In this document: positions 1 through 9,714 of the stretch, piece after piece
How the letters are laid out: the number at the start of each line of letters is the position of its first letter
How positions within the stretch are numbered: the first letter of the stretch is position 1
Position numbers and translations under genes: made by a program
Source: Candidatus Latescibacterota bacterium
Lineage (GTDB): Bacteria; Latescibacterota; UBA2968
Length of the DNA: 64,000 nucleotides
Direction: 5' to 3'
Assembly: GCA_965222605.1 (NCBI GenBank)
Contig: OZ244960.1
Coordinates: 2,272,001 to 2,336,000 of the forward strand
Notes under the pieces: model-generated
The model's database searches: none
Told to the model about the DNA's origin: nothing
What the model saw: only the letters and a program-made list of their open reading frames with translations

Positions 1-882
1 GAAGAAATCGTCTAGCCCACCCGACCTGTTGTATCGGATCATCCCCCCTTCGTGCCCCCATCGGTAGGAGGTACCAGTGGAGTTGACGTAGAGGGTGTTG
101 TTGAAGCCGAAGTAGGTGTCGTTGAGCTGTTTGTCGCCCCGGTTTTCGAACTCGATATCCACGATAATGAAGTCGTCGAAGTCCTGGTGGCTCCAGGCGT
201 ATATCTTGCGCGTCATCACGATGTTGTGCTTGAACCGCGTCTGCGTGATGTGAATCTCCTCAGGCGCGTCCTGCACGGGTGGATAGATATGGAAGTCGTA
301 ATTGTGAATCTCGTAGGGGTCGGCAGCCGTGGCATCGCCCGACTTGGGCGTTGCGCCGGGATACCAGTTGGACATGCCCAGGCCGACCTTGATCCCCCTG
401 GGGGGTACGACCGTGCGGATGCCCCAATTGGCCTCCGGGCCGTTCAGGATGTCGTAGATCATCGGGAACACATCCTCCGAGGGGTGGCGCGGACCGGTCC
501 ATGAGACGTGCTTCTCTCCATCCACGTTCGTGAGCACCAGCACCCCATTGCCGGATGAGTGCATGGTGCCTTCGGACTTGTTCGCACCGTCGGACCAGGC
601 CTTGTCACCCCAGTATTCCATGTAATCGGTAGGGTTCATCAGGGTGTAAAACCCCATCATCATGCCGGGGTAGATCAGACGGAATGCAGCCCGGCCCGCG
701 CTGTCGGCATAGTGCATGCCGGAAAACCCGTAGTTGTGAAAGGTCTCCCAGACAAGCGAGCGGGTCATCATGCGGCTGGCGTAGTAATCGAGCTGGGCCG
801 AAGCGGTCAGGGCGCCCGACAGCAGCAACGCCAGCGCCAGCAGGCCCACCCCAAGCCATTTCTTTATTAGAGATACAGACAT
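1..882 (-). CDS. Secreted hypothetical protein downstream of the TonB-dependent receptor (runs off the left edge; absent from the ORF track)
   Basis: Manual translation of the 5' part: GGAGG RBS then ATG at 882, MSVSLIKKWLGVGLLALALLLSGALTASAQLDYYASRMMTRSLVWETFHNYG...; signal peptide with ASA/Q cleavage site; no stop seen in the part read. Confidence 0.8.
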   Translation of the reverse strand, partial: MSVSLIKKWLGVGLLALALLLSGALTASAQLDYYASRMMTRSLVWETFHNYGFSGMHYADSAGRAAFRLIYPGMMMGFYTLMNPTDYMEYWGDKAWSDGANKSEGTMHSSGNGVLVLTNVDGEKHVSWTGPRHPSEDVFPMIYDILNGPEANWGIRTVVPPRGIKVGLGMSNWYPGATPKSGDATAADPYEIHNYDFHIYPPVQDAPEEIHITQTRFKHNIVMTRKIYAWSHQDFDDFIIVDIEFENRGDKQLNDTYFGFNNTLYVNSTGTSYRWGHEGGMIRYNRSGGLDDFF

Positions 883-909
883 TGAAATTCCTCCAGTGTA
901 TGTTCAAGG

Positions 910-3900
910 TCAAAACTTCAGGCGTGCGCCGACCACCCAGTTGCGGGGATATCGCCCCAGTCCCCGGTCGTAACGGTCTATATCGCCATCCCCATCCTTC
1001 AAGTAGGTGCCGTTGTCCGGGTCTGGCATCTGCTTCCCCCACTGTATCCAATCGAAACCGGTAGTCATGTCGGCCTTGTCGTTCCAGAGGTTGCGGATCT
1101 CCAGGAAAGCGGTGGCTGTCATAGCGCCGCCAATGTAGAATTCCCTCTCCAGGTTGATATCGCTGACCAGAGAGATCGGCCCGGTCCGTCGCTCCCGGGG
1201 ACCTGTGGGAGGCGTATAATTGAAGGGAATGCCGGTATGGAGCCGATAGAGCAACGATATCCGGAGACTGGCCAGAGGCGCAATGTGAAAGTCAGAGGGA
1301 CTGGAGAAGAGAAATTGCCCGCTGAGGATATTGCGCCGGTCGATACCGCTCTGCAGTGTCGGCGTATTGTATCGGCCAATGGTATAGGCATAAATTCCGG
1401 GCTCGAGTATCTCCACCGGGGCATTCCAGTAGCCATCGGACAGAGGCTCGCCGATTCGGCTATCGTAATCCTTGAGTTGTGCCCTGGCCCTTTCGGCCAG
1501 TTGCACCCGCTCCTCCTGGGTAGGCGCATGGGGGACCTCCTGTCCGTCCGCCCGCGCATCCACACCCACGAAGTATTCGTCACTCATGACGTATGAGGGA
1601 CCGACCACGTGGTAGGCTCGCCAATTGCGGAAGCCGGAGTTATTCATATTTTTCGTCCACGCGAGGTTGTACGCTACGTTGAACGTGACCATGTTGCTGA
1701 ACTGCTTCCGCAGAGAGACCTCGAACCCCCGGGACCACTTCCGACCCCGGTTGCCGGATCCTCTCGAAGAGACGCCGTCGTACCCGAAAGCCGGTTCCTC
1801 CAGGCGCCAGGAGGTGGAGCCGTTGGTGATAATCCCCATCTGATCCCTGTAAAAGGCGGTGACGCTGGCAACGTATTCGCCGGCGAAGTTCCAGTCAAAC
1901 CCGGCCTCGAAACTGGTTGATTTTTCCGGCTCGATGTCGGACATCCCGGAGACCCCGTGGTGGATCTGCTTCAGGCTATTGTACTTCTCCATCTGATCGA
2001 TCTGTCCGTTCCCGTTCACGTCCCTGTCCTCTCCGGTCCCGCCGAATTCCCGCTGGTAAAAATTCTGGATATCGGGAAATTGTCGGAAGACACCCGTGAA
2101 GAACCGGATGGTGGAGCGATCAGTGATGGGATGAGAGACCCCGATCCGTGGACTCCAGGCGTGCAAAATCGGAAGGTCTTCGGTTACGGGCATGTTTCGA
2201 AAGCGCGTCAGGGATTCGTAGTGTCTGAACATCCAGAGGGTGGCGATGTTGCGCCAGCCCTTTACCGGGTCCATCGCGTCGAACCGGATACCGGCGTTGA
2301 TCACCAGGCCCTCAAACTCCATCTTGTCCTGGATATAGACCCCGTACTGGATGGGATGAGCCCGTTCCATGCCGATAATCGGGTCGCCCGAACCGCCGGC
2401 AAGGCGGATTGTAAAAGCGCGGGCCTGGCGGGAGCCCTCCTCGTGGTGGTAGAGGCCGTAGCGAGTGATCTCAAACCCGGTTTTGACGAAGTGCCCCTTG
2501 GTGACCTGGCTGCTCAGATCGGCTTTGAGGCGCACCCGCTTGTTATCCATATACTTAAAGGAATAGATGTCCCTCGGCAGGAAGTACCCCTTGCTATCGC
2601 GCCGCACGCCTTCGGTCGCAGAAGGCACGCCACTGGTGTCGGTCAGAGTTTGCTGCCAGTTGAGGCGCACTTCATAGAAGGTCGTGGGGGATAGGGTGTG
2701 GGTAAAGAGGAGATACGCCATCCTTTCGCTGAAGTTCTGTTTGCCCGCTGCGGAGTAACCCTCGGGCAGGAAGAGGTTGCGCCCACCCCTGGTGATACCC
2801 CGCACGCCCCCGTCGGTATCTCGCTGCTGCCCGGCGAAGGGATCATCGGGATCGATCCTCGTGTTGGACCCTCCAATTCGCCTGCTGCCCCTGGTCCCGG
2901 GGTCAAAGCCCTCGTAGTAGGCGAACACCCCGCCCAACTTCACCTTGAAGTTGGGGGACGGCCGGGCGACGAAGTTGCCGAAGGTCTGGATGTTAAATGG
3001 CTCTCGGTTGAGCGCGCTGGGATAGATGGGGGCCTTGCGACTGTGGGCCGCATTCATAAAGAAGGAGACATCCCTGGCGATCGGTCCAGAGGCCGAACCC
3101 TCCAAATAGTGTCCGAACACACCCGTGTAGTCGGTGCGTTCATGCACCTTGCGCCCGGTCTCGGGATCGGTCTCGTTCGCAAAGGCAGGGTCATTCCAAT
3201 CCACCTTGCCTGCGTGAAAGGGGTGATCGTAGATGTTCGGTCCCCAGTGCCTCTTGGCCGGCAGGTCCAGGCGGTACTCCCCAAAACCCGTATAGGCGTC
3301 CCGGCCCTCTTTGGTGACCAGGCTGATCACGCCGGCCTGGGCGTTGCCGTACTCGGCCTCCATCCCACCGGTGACCACCTGCACCTCCTGCAGGGCGCTT
3401 TTGTTGATGCCCATCCAGTTGGGGGCAACAAATCCGTCGTTGTTGACGAGCCGAACCCCGTCAATCTCCACAAAGGTATCGTTTGAGCCAGCCATAGACG
3501 CATTGTTGCTGCCCCGGATGCGGAGGTTGCCGTCCAGCGACACGCCCGGCTGTAGCGCGATCACCTCATTGAGGGTGCGCGCAAGAGGCACGTTCTCGAG
3601 GTCCTCGGCATCGACGACATAACGGCTGAAGGTCCGATCCGGCTCCACTGGTGGTCGCTCGGCAATCACCACCAGCTCTTCGGCCTGTAGCGCGGCCTCC
3701 GCCAGGTTAAAATCGACGGTGGTGGTGAAGTCTGCCCGCACGGCCACATCCTGTTTGGTCGCCGCGGTATAACCGACCATCGAGGCTTCCAGTTTATACC
3801 TGCCAGGTTCGACCGACAGGATGAGAAAATAGCCTTCTGCATCGGTCGTAGCACCCCTGCGGGTGCCCTGGATCACCACGTTGGCCCCGGGCAACGGCGC

Positions 3901-4020
3901 ACCTGAGGCGTCGGCCACAACACCGTTGAGTTTGCCGACTATCCCGGCCGGTACATCTGTGGGCGAGAAGGCGACCAGCACCCCGACCAGCAACAGGCAA
4001 AAATTATAAAGGTATTTCAT
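910..4020 (-). CDS. TonB-dependent receptor with N-terminal carboxypeptidase-regulatory-like domain
   Basis: 1036 aa; signal peptide, GKLNGVVADASGAPLPGANVVI domain, plug motif VQVVTGGMEAEYGNAQAGVISLVTKEG, IEPEKSTSFEAGF, C-terminal GARLKF. Confidence 0.92.
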   Translation of the reverse strand: MKYLYNFCLLLVGVLVAFSPTDVPAGIVGKLNGVVADASGAPLPGANVVIQGTRRGATTDAEGYFLILSVEPGRYKLEASMVGYTAATKQDVAVRADFTTTVDFNLAEAALQAEELVVIAERPPVEPDRTFSRYVVDAEDLENVPLARTLNEVIALQPGVSLDGNLRIRGSNNASMAGSNDTFVEIDGVRLVNNDGFVAPNWMGINKSALQEVQVVTGGMEAEYGNAQAGVISLVTKEGRDAYTGFGEYRLDLPAKRHWGPNIYDHPFHAGKVDWNDPAFANETDPETGRKVHERTDYTGVFGHYLEGSASGPIARDVSFFMNAAHSRKAPIYPSALNREPFNIQTFGNFVARPSPNFKVKLGGVFAYYEGFDPGTRGSRRIGGSNTRIDPDDPFAGQQRDTDGGVRGITRGGRNLFLPEGYSAAGKQNFSERMAYLLFTHTLSPTTFYEVRLNWQQTLTDTSGVPSATEGVRRDSKGYFLPRDIYSFKYMDNKRVRLKADLSSQVTKGHFVKTGFEITRYGLYHHEEGSRQARAFTIRLAGGSGDPIIGMERAHPIQYGVYIQDKMEFEGLVINAGIRFDAMDPVKGWRNIATLWMFRHYESLTRFRNMPVTEDLPILHAWSPRIGVSHPITDRSTIRFFTGVFRQFPDIQNFYQREFGGTGEDRDVNGNGQIDQMEKYNSLKQIHHGVSGMSDIEPEKSTSFEAGFDWNFAGEYVASVTAFYRDQMGIITNGSTSWRLEEPAFGYDGVSSRGSGNRGRKWSRGFEVSLRKQFSNMVTFNVAYNLAWTKNMNNSGFRNWRAYHVVGPSYVMSDEYFVGVDARADGQEVPHAPTQEERVQLAERARAQLKDYDSRIGEPLSDGYWNAPVEILEPGIYAYTIGRYNTPTLQSGIDRRNILSGQFLFSSPSDFHIAPLASLRISLLYRLHTGIPFNYTPPTGPRERRTGPISLVSDINLEREFYIGGAMTATAFLEIRNLWNDKADMTTGFDWIQWGKQMPDPDNGTYLKDGDGDIDRYDRGLGRYPRNWVVGARLKF

Positions 4021-4079
4021 AGAAAAACCTCCTTATCGCGTAAAGTCAAAATCTGAAATGAGACATTGCCAGATACGGG

Positions 4080-4793
4080 CTACTGCTGGGTATAGAACTT
4101 AAACCGCACACCGACGTTGAGCTTCTGGAAGGGGAAGACCTCTTCCATTCCCCAGGCCTCCAGCGGACGCACACTGCCCAACACAATGTTATACTGCCCT
4201 CTCAAGTCGATGGCCAGAGATTGGGAGGTGAAAAACTGCACGCCCAACCCTACATTGAGCCCCAGTGTCATGTGCTGGTCGGCCGTAGGTTCCAGCAGCA
4301 GATTCTCGTTCAGAGGCGGCGCGGGCTGACCGGGCCAGATCAAGCCACTGACCTCGTTCTTATACCGAAAAGACCCCGTGCCCACCACCAGATAGGGCGC
4401 CCTCCCCCCGCCTTTTGACAGCTTCCCACCCCCCTGATTGAAATGATACAGCCAGCTAATCGTCCCGCCCGTCCAGGTCATCTTCGAACTGGCCTGGGGG
4501 CTGGCATACTCCTGCTTGTCGATCGACCAGAGAAATCTCCGGTTCTCCAGTTCCCCGCCGCTGTATTTGACGTAATGTCCCTCCACTTCGGCGGTCCACC
4601 GCTCGTTGAGGACGTAGAGCACCGTCCCACCGAGATTGATACCACCGGAGGGAAACCATTCGTTTAATTTGAAGGTCGGCAGATCGTAGCTGGCAGCGAC
4701 GCCAAAGCCCCACGTCCCACCAACTTGCGCAGCGGCACCAAAGGGCCAGGCCAGCAGCAAGACCCCCACTAAGAGCAACATCCTATATCTCAT
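4080..4793 (-). CDS. Outer-membrane beta-barrel protein (OmpA-like transmembrane/porin family)
   Basis: Start moved to ATG 4793 after AGGAGG; signal peptide, amphipathic beta-strands, APYLVVGTG and C-terminal LNVGVRFKF pattern. Confidence 0.75.
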   Translation of the reverse strand: MRYRMLLLVGVLLLAWPFGAAAQVGGTWGFGVAASYDLPTFKLNEWFPSGGINLGGTVLYVLNERWTAEVEGHYVKYSGGELENRRFLWSIDKQEYASPQASSKMTWTGGTISWLYHFNQGGGKLSKGGGRAPYLVVGTGSFRYKNEVSGLIWPGQPAPPLNENLLLEPTADQHMTLGLNVGLGVQFFTSQSLAIDLRGQYNIVLGSVRPLEAWGMEEVFPFQKLNVGVRFKFYTQQ

Positions 4794-5198
4794 AGTTCCT
4801 CCTTTTTTGAGACCTTCAATCCCCTCGAAAACCACCCAAAATACTATTAGATCTTCCCGCGCTTTACCTCCTTTCAACAGGCATAACAGTTTACCAAATA
4901 GCACTTTAATAAGAGATTTAGTTTGACAATAAAAAACAACCCGTTTTACTTTTTGGCTTGGATATGCGAGGAGGTGACAACGCCTCTTTATATATCTCCG
5001 AAGCCGTTAGCTCCAGTCTCGCCAAAGGTCGGTAGCTAACGGCTCTTTTTTTTGGCCAGCTTGAACTCTCCCCATACACCGATCTGATGGTGCCCAGCAG
5101 TTCATCAGAACGATCTTGAGAAAAGATAAACCGTAAAAATTCCTGTGTCAAGTTATTAGTCCAAGTAAACATGCCCTTCGTCAATATAGAGTGCATAT

Positions 5199-7190
5199 TC
5201 ACCAACTATGCACGCCATGTCCTTGTCCGGGGAACCAGACCGCGTCTATGAGGAAACACCAGACGACCCCAAACGTGTAGCCGATCAGCAGACCCAAAAA
5301 CAGGGGCATGGCCCGGCGGTAAAGGGCCACACCTCCAACGCGCATCAGGATCGCCTTGCAGACCCAGGCGAAGAAGACCGGGATGACGATGGACTTAGAG
5401 TTGTCCGAGGCGGATATGGCCAGACCGATGGGATGGATCGACCACCAGGCGAACCGATACCTCAGGAAGGTGAGCAGACCCATCAGAGCCGCGCCAATGC
5501 CAAAGAAGATCATCCGGTCCAGGGCCATTGGCTTGGGTGTCCTCATATGCGACAAGGTAGAGGAGAAGACATTCTTGGGGTTCCCTTTGTAGTAGAACGC
5601 AAAGTTGTAGGCCCCGTGGATATATCCCAGATAAAGCGTAAGCCAGACCGAGGCGACAAGCCCGACCAATGCACCGACCACTACCCAGAACACCAGCATG
5701 CGTCGGTTTCTACGAACCAGGTCGCCCAGCTTGACGGCCTGCGCCAGCCCCGGAGCGAACAGGCCCCGGATATAGTCGATCAACGAATAGGAAAGGAGCA
5801 TAGAGGTGAGGGTGGACCCTGTCATCACGTCGGTCCCCCGCATGTCCATCGCAAAGGCCTGTGCGGTGATGGGGGCCTGCGTGGTGACCAAGCCGGTCTC
5901 GGAGACGATTCGGGCCATCCCGATGTAAATGATTCCCGTGCTGGCCAGGAAAACCAGCGCCGTGAGGAGGTCCATGCCGGATTGATGGATCAGAAACAGG
6001 ATATACAACAGGCTCAGAAACAGGCCCAAAACCGATGTGCGGTAAGAGAGGATCTCCTGGCGGTCGTCGGCTGGATAACGGGAATTGAGAGCCTTCAAAA
6101 AGACATCCCTCAGGTGGTGCCGGGCCACCCAAAGCCGCCAGAGAACCAGGCTGGCCATCGCGCCAAAACACTGCCAGGACTGAATCGCCTGATCGGCGGT
6201 GAAGGAATCCGAGGGTTGTTCGAGTTGCAAACCCATGCGGTTGATGATGTGCCCTTCCACCACGTGAATCAGGAAGAAGAACCAGACGCTGAAGAGGACC
6301 TCCAGGTTGGCGAAGTAGGCAAAGCCGAGCGTGTAGAACTGCAAAGGGCGGATCCGCAGAGACGGCGAGTAGCGCGTAAATTGGAAGTAGCCCCCGGAAG
6401 GGATGAGGGCGATATCGGGGACGGCGGGGAAAAACCAGGAGAGGGATTTCCAGAAGAAGAGTCCAAACGCCAGAAGGGCCGCAACCCAGAAGAGCTTGCT
6501 CCGCATCAAGGTCGGCCAGAGGCGCTCCGAATCGGCGTCCCGGGCCAATTCAGTGGGTATGGAGACCAGTGGGTACACGAGTTTCTCGTGCTCGACCCAC
6601 TGCTTTCGAAGGATGACCATCACACACGCCGTCCCGACCAGGATAGCCGCGATGAGGCTGCCCCACCACACCAGCGGGACCAGCCAGACCCTCCAGGGAG
6701 CCTGTGCGCCCGCAGGCAACCCCTCGTAGAACATCCTCAGGGCCTCGCGGTCAGTGGGCACCATCCAGGCGCTGAGGTGGGGGTGATAGAATTCGGCCCA
6801 CTGGTTTTCGGGGGTGGCAAAGTAGAACGGGGAGGTGATGATGCCCAGGAAAAAGCCGGTAATGCCGGAGCCAGGAACAACCGACCCGACAATGCCGATG
6901 GCCACGACTGTCAAAAGCTCCGAGGGGGAAAAGGCAAGCCGCTGCCGACAGAGCTTGAGCAGAGGATTGAGGAACCCCACCAGGAGGAAGAAGAGGGCCA
7001 GGAGCGGAAGCTGAAAGTAGGCCAGATTGAGCCGGGTGGACTTGACGACCGCTTCGGCATAAGTCACCCAGAGGTTGGTGAAGATCACAATGGAGAGTCC
7101 CAGAGCGACTGCCCGGAATGTGACCCCACGCTCCGAGGATGGACTGGCCCGCGTTTCGGGCCGTGGAGTGGCAATTACATTCTCAGACAC
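5199..7190 (-). CDS. DUF6785/DUF6784-type multi-pass membrane protein (putative transporter)
   Basis: 663 aa, many TM helices; motifs LRKQWVEHEKLVYPL, WWSIHPIGL, YRRAMPLFLGLLIG; paralog of 13186-15180. Confidence 0.8.
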   Translation of the reverse strand: MSENVIATPRPETRASPSSERGVTFRAVALGLSIVIFTNLWVTYAEAVVKSTRLNLAYFQLPLLALFFLLVGFLNPLLKLCRQRLAFSPSELLTVVAIGIVGSVVPGSGITGFFLGIITSPFYFATPENQWAEFYHPHLSAWMVPTDREALRMFYEGLPAGAQAPWRVWLVPLVWWGSLIAAILVGTACVMVILRKQWVEHEKLVYPLVSIPTELARDADSERLWPTLMRSKLFWVAALLAFGLFFWKSLSWFFPAVPDIALIPSGGYFQFTRYSPSLRIRPLQFYTLGFAYFANLEVLFSVWFFFLIHVVEGHIINRMGLQLEQPSDSFTADQAIQSWQCFGAMASLVLWRLWVARHHLRDVFLKALNSRYPADDRQEILSYRTSVLGLFLSLLYILFLIHQSGMDLLTALVFLASTGIIYIGMARIVSETGLVTTQAPITAQAFAMDMRGTDVMTGSTLTSMLLSYSLIDYIRGLFAPGLAQAVKLGDLVRRNRRMLVFWVVVGALVGLVASVWLTLYLGYIHGAYNFAFYYKGNPKNVFSSTLSHMRTPKPMALDRMIFFGIGAALMGLLTFLRYRFAWWSIHPIGLAISASDNSKSIVIPVFFAWVCKAILMRVGGVALYRRAMPLFLGLLIGYTFGVVWCFLIDAVWFPGQGHGVHSW

Positions 7191-7220
7191 TATTCCTCCT
7201 TTGAGCTGGAAGTGAGTCGT

Positions 7221-9677
7221 TTACCCACGCATCGCCTTGTAATCAACCGTCGCAAACGCGCCCTCCCACTCCTTTCCAAAAGCAATCACATCTTCCTCGC
7301 CCTCTTTCAGCGATACCCCGACCACATTCGGCGCCACCTTTCGCACACATGGCTTTGTCTCACCTTCTCGATGCGACACAATAACCGCGAGAAATCTGGC
7401 CTCGCGGCGCGGTTCGGTAGAAAACCAGAGATTATTGTGTACGCGAGGAGCACCAGCCCAGATATCGTCCTCTTTGGATGCATTCACCTGAGCCTCAATT
7501 TCACTGTACAGATCCTCTCCCGTAATTGGATTCCGATACCCTTTCTCCCCACACATATTTTCCACCTTCAAAGGACCAGTCTCCCCCAGGTGATGCACCT
7601 GCACCTGCACCTCATCAATCGCATAATCGAAAGCCTCTCCAGATATCGCCACCGGCACATCCGGTTGAATGTGATACAGCCAGGAAAACACCGCTGCATC
7701 CGACGCAAGAGCCAAATCGTCAAATACCACAAAATAGCGATCTCTCACAAATAGGAAATGGCGGTAAAACCGCGCCAGATTGGGATGCTCGGTATAGGCA
7801 TTCCGCACATCCCCACACACATAGACCATCTGCGGCGTCTCCTTCCATGCCACAATGCGCCCCGCGTTTGGCAACCCGGCTGAACCGCGTACCTCGCCCT
7901 GTCCTGTACCGTCAATCAACACCGTATTGTGCGACTGGCTCGACCGCGCCACCGCATCCCGATTGCTCTTCTTGCCCCCGCCCGTAGCAATCGTCTTTCC
8001 ATAGGCAAACAACTCAAAACCGCCATTGCTCCTGTGACTGTGGCTATAACCCCCGCGCGGTCGGCAAGTGAACACAAACCCCACACCCTTGCGAAAAGAC
8101 TCGAGCTTCTCCGGAGACTCTGAATACCCCATCGCCCAACCGGCAACCGGCAAGAGGTGCGTACGCGGGTATTTGGTCTCCGCCTTTGGTTCGGCAAAAA
8201 AATGCTTCAACGCATATTCGATCCAGGGCCGGGGATAATCCGTGACCTCAGTAATACCGGGTTCCCCCAGATTCAGGGGCTTCACCTCGCCCGTCGCCAA
8301 TACCCGTTTCCACTCCCTCCACGCCTCCAGCACGCGCCCATCCCCCGTCAAATAAGCCAACTTTCTGCGGTAAGCGTGCTGCCCGCGTTCGTAATAGCGA
8401 TACTGAAAAGCTATATCCCCCCACGCGGGTCTCAAAACCCCGACAGGCGCCAGATTTAAAAGAAAGTTTCCCATACCCCGGTAAAACGGATTGCGTTCCA
8501 GATGAAGTTCGGGATGCATCATCGCGGCATAAAGAGATGTCGCCACCAGAGAACCGAACTTCCAGCTACTATAGGAAACACCTTCGTTCCATCCCTCATC
8601 CGGACCAAACCCGGTGCCCACGCCCGTGATATAGTGCAAACCGAGCTCTGCAAATTGCCGCGCCGCCTCCGAATGCTCGGCAACGGCCAGAGCACCCGTC
8701 AGCGTCCACGTAATATTCTCCCAGGGATGGGAAGCCGGCGCCACGGCAATGCCATCGGCGCGAATCTCGCCCTCATGCCGCCAGGAATATTCATTCAGCG
8801 TATGCTCAATTCGCCAATCCAGCGAGTGAATAATCGTCTCGCGCTCAGCTTCGGAAAGAATCGGGTACAACCAGTCAAAGCAGACCCCCATAAACTCCGT
8901 AATTTTAGTACAGAATTTTTCCCCATTCCCAAGTCCCTCCGGCGAAGAATATCCGCCGGGCTGGTAACGCGCCATAGTCGATAGCCGATCTTTCATCGCC
9001 AGGTACTTTTCATCCCCCGTCAGCATATACGCAAACGCCATATTCGTGAGAAACTGTGCGTATTCGGGATAAATAAAGGGGAACGCAAAAGGTCCTATAT
9101 CCGCATCCGTCTCTGGAAAATTCACAAACCAGTCCGCCTTCAACGTCTCATCCGCCAAGCGAATCGCCTGCCGCGCAATCTCCCCACATTCCAAATCCTT
9201 ATCCTGAAGTTCTCTCAGATCCTGCAAATTCTCAGGCGTAAAAATAATCCTCGGATGCCCATGCACCATCTGCTCAATCGCCGTGCGATCCCACGCAACC
9301 GCATCGTGCGAAAGCTCAAAGCTCCTCACCTCGCTCTCGCGCTCATAAGGCGTTCCCGCATCGTACGTCACCCGCCAGAACCACTTGCGAGCACCTGTCA
9401 AAACCGGAAGCGCATTGTAAAAATTATACGGCGTCTGTTTAACATCGACCACCGGATCCTTCAAATCGGGTGTGCGCCCAATCCGAAGCCTGAACCTCCG
9501 CTCTATCGGCAGCGGTCCCTGCGGAATAATCGCCGGATCAAACGGCCAGCTAAACCTGGGCGGATTCACATCGCACACCTGACCATCTGCCGGGCGAAAC
9601 CCCATATACCGGGGATAAATATGCCGCTCGTCCATCGCCAACGAGTCTTCGCAACCGACGTCTATTGATTTATCCAT
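7221..9677 (-). CDS. Heparinase II/III-like polysaccharide lyase with DUF4962-like N-terminal domain
   Basis: NPPRFSWP, DEGWNEGVSY, SHSHRSNGGF, SHNTVLIDG motifs; start at ATG 9677 (or 9683) after AGGAGG. Confidence 0.78.
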   Translation of the reverse strand: MDKSIDVGCEDSLAMDERHIYPRYMGFRPADGQVCDVNPPRFSWPFDPAIIPQGPLPIERRFRLRIGRTPDLKDPVVDVKQTPYNFYNALPVLTGARKWFWRVTYDAGTPYERESEVRSFELSHDAVAWDRTAIEQMVHGHPRIIFTPENLQDLRELQDKDLECGEIARQAIRLADETLKADWFVNFPETDADIGPFAFPFIYPEYAQFLTNMAFAYMLTGDEKYLAMKDRLSTMARYQPGGYSSPEGLGNGEKFCTKITEFMGVCFDWLYPILSEAERETIIHSLDWRIEHTLNEYSWRHEGEIRADGIAVAPASHPWENITWTLTGALAVAEHSEAARQFAELGLHYITGVGTGFGPDEGWNEGVSYSSWKFGSLVATSLYAAMMHPELHLERNPFYRGMGNFLLNLAPVGVLRPAWGDIAFQYRYYERGQHAYRRKLAYLTGDGRVLEAWREWKRVLATGEVKPLNLGEPGITEVTDYPRPWIEYALKHFFAEPKAETKYPRTHLLPVAGWAMGYSESPEKLESFRKGVGFVFTCRPRGGYSHSHRSNGGFELFAYGKTIATGGGKKSNRDAVARSSQSHNTVLIDGTGQGEVRGSAGLPNAGRIVAWKETPQMVYVCGDVRNAYTEHPNLARFYRHFLFVRDRYFVVFDDLALASDAAVFSWLYHIQPDVPVAISGEAFDYAIDEVQVQVHHLGETGPLKVENMCGEKGYRNPITGEDLYSEIEAQVNASKEDDIWAGAPRVHNNLWFSTEPRREARFLAVIVSHREGETKPCVRKVAPNVVGVSLKEGEEDVIAFGKEWEGAFATVDYKAMRG

Positions 9678-9714
9678 GACCATCCTCCTATACAACAAAA
9701 TAAAAGTTTCACCT

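Noticed and set aside
4918-5205. 95-aa ORF or a riboswitch upstream of the beta-barrel/TBDR genes
   Set aside because: No RBS or recognisable motif for the ORF; no cobalamin/TPP riboswitch consensus visible by eye
5208-7754. 848-aa plus-strand ORF (and other long antisense ORFs such as 38569-39831, 40664-41950, 33508-34650, 47444-48400)
   Set aside because: Shadow frames opposite well-supported genes; no motifs and atypical amino-acid composition
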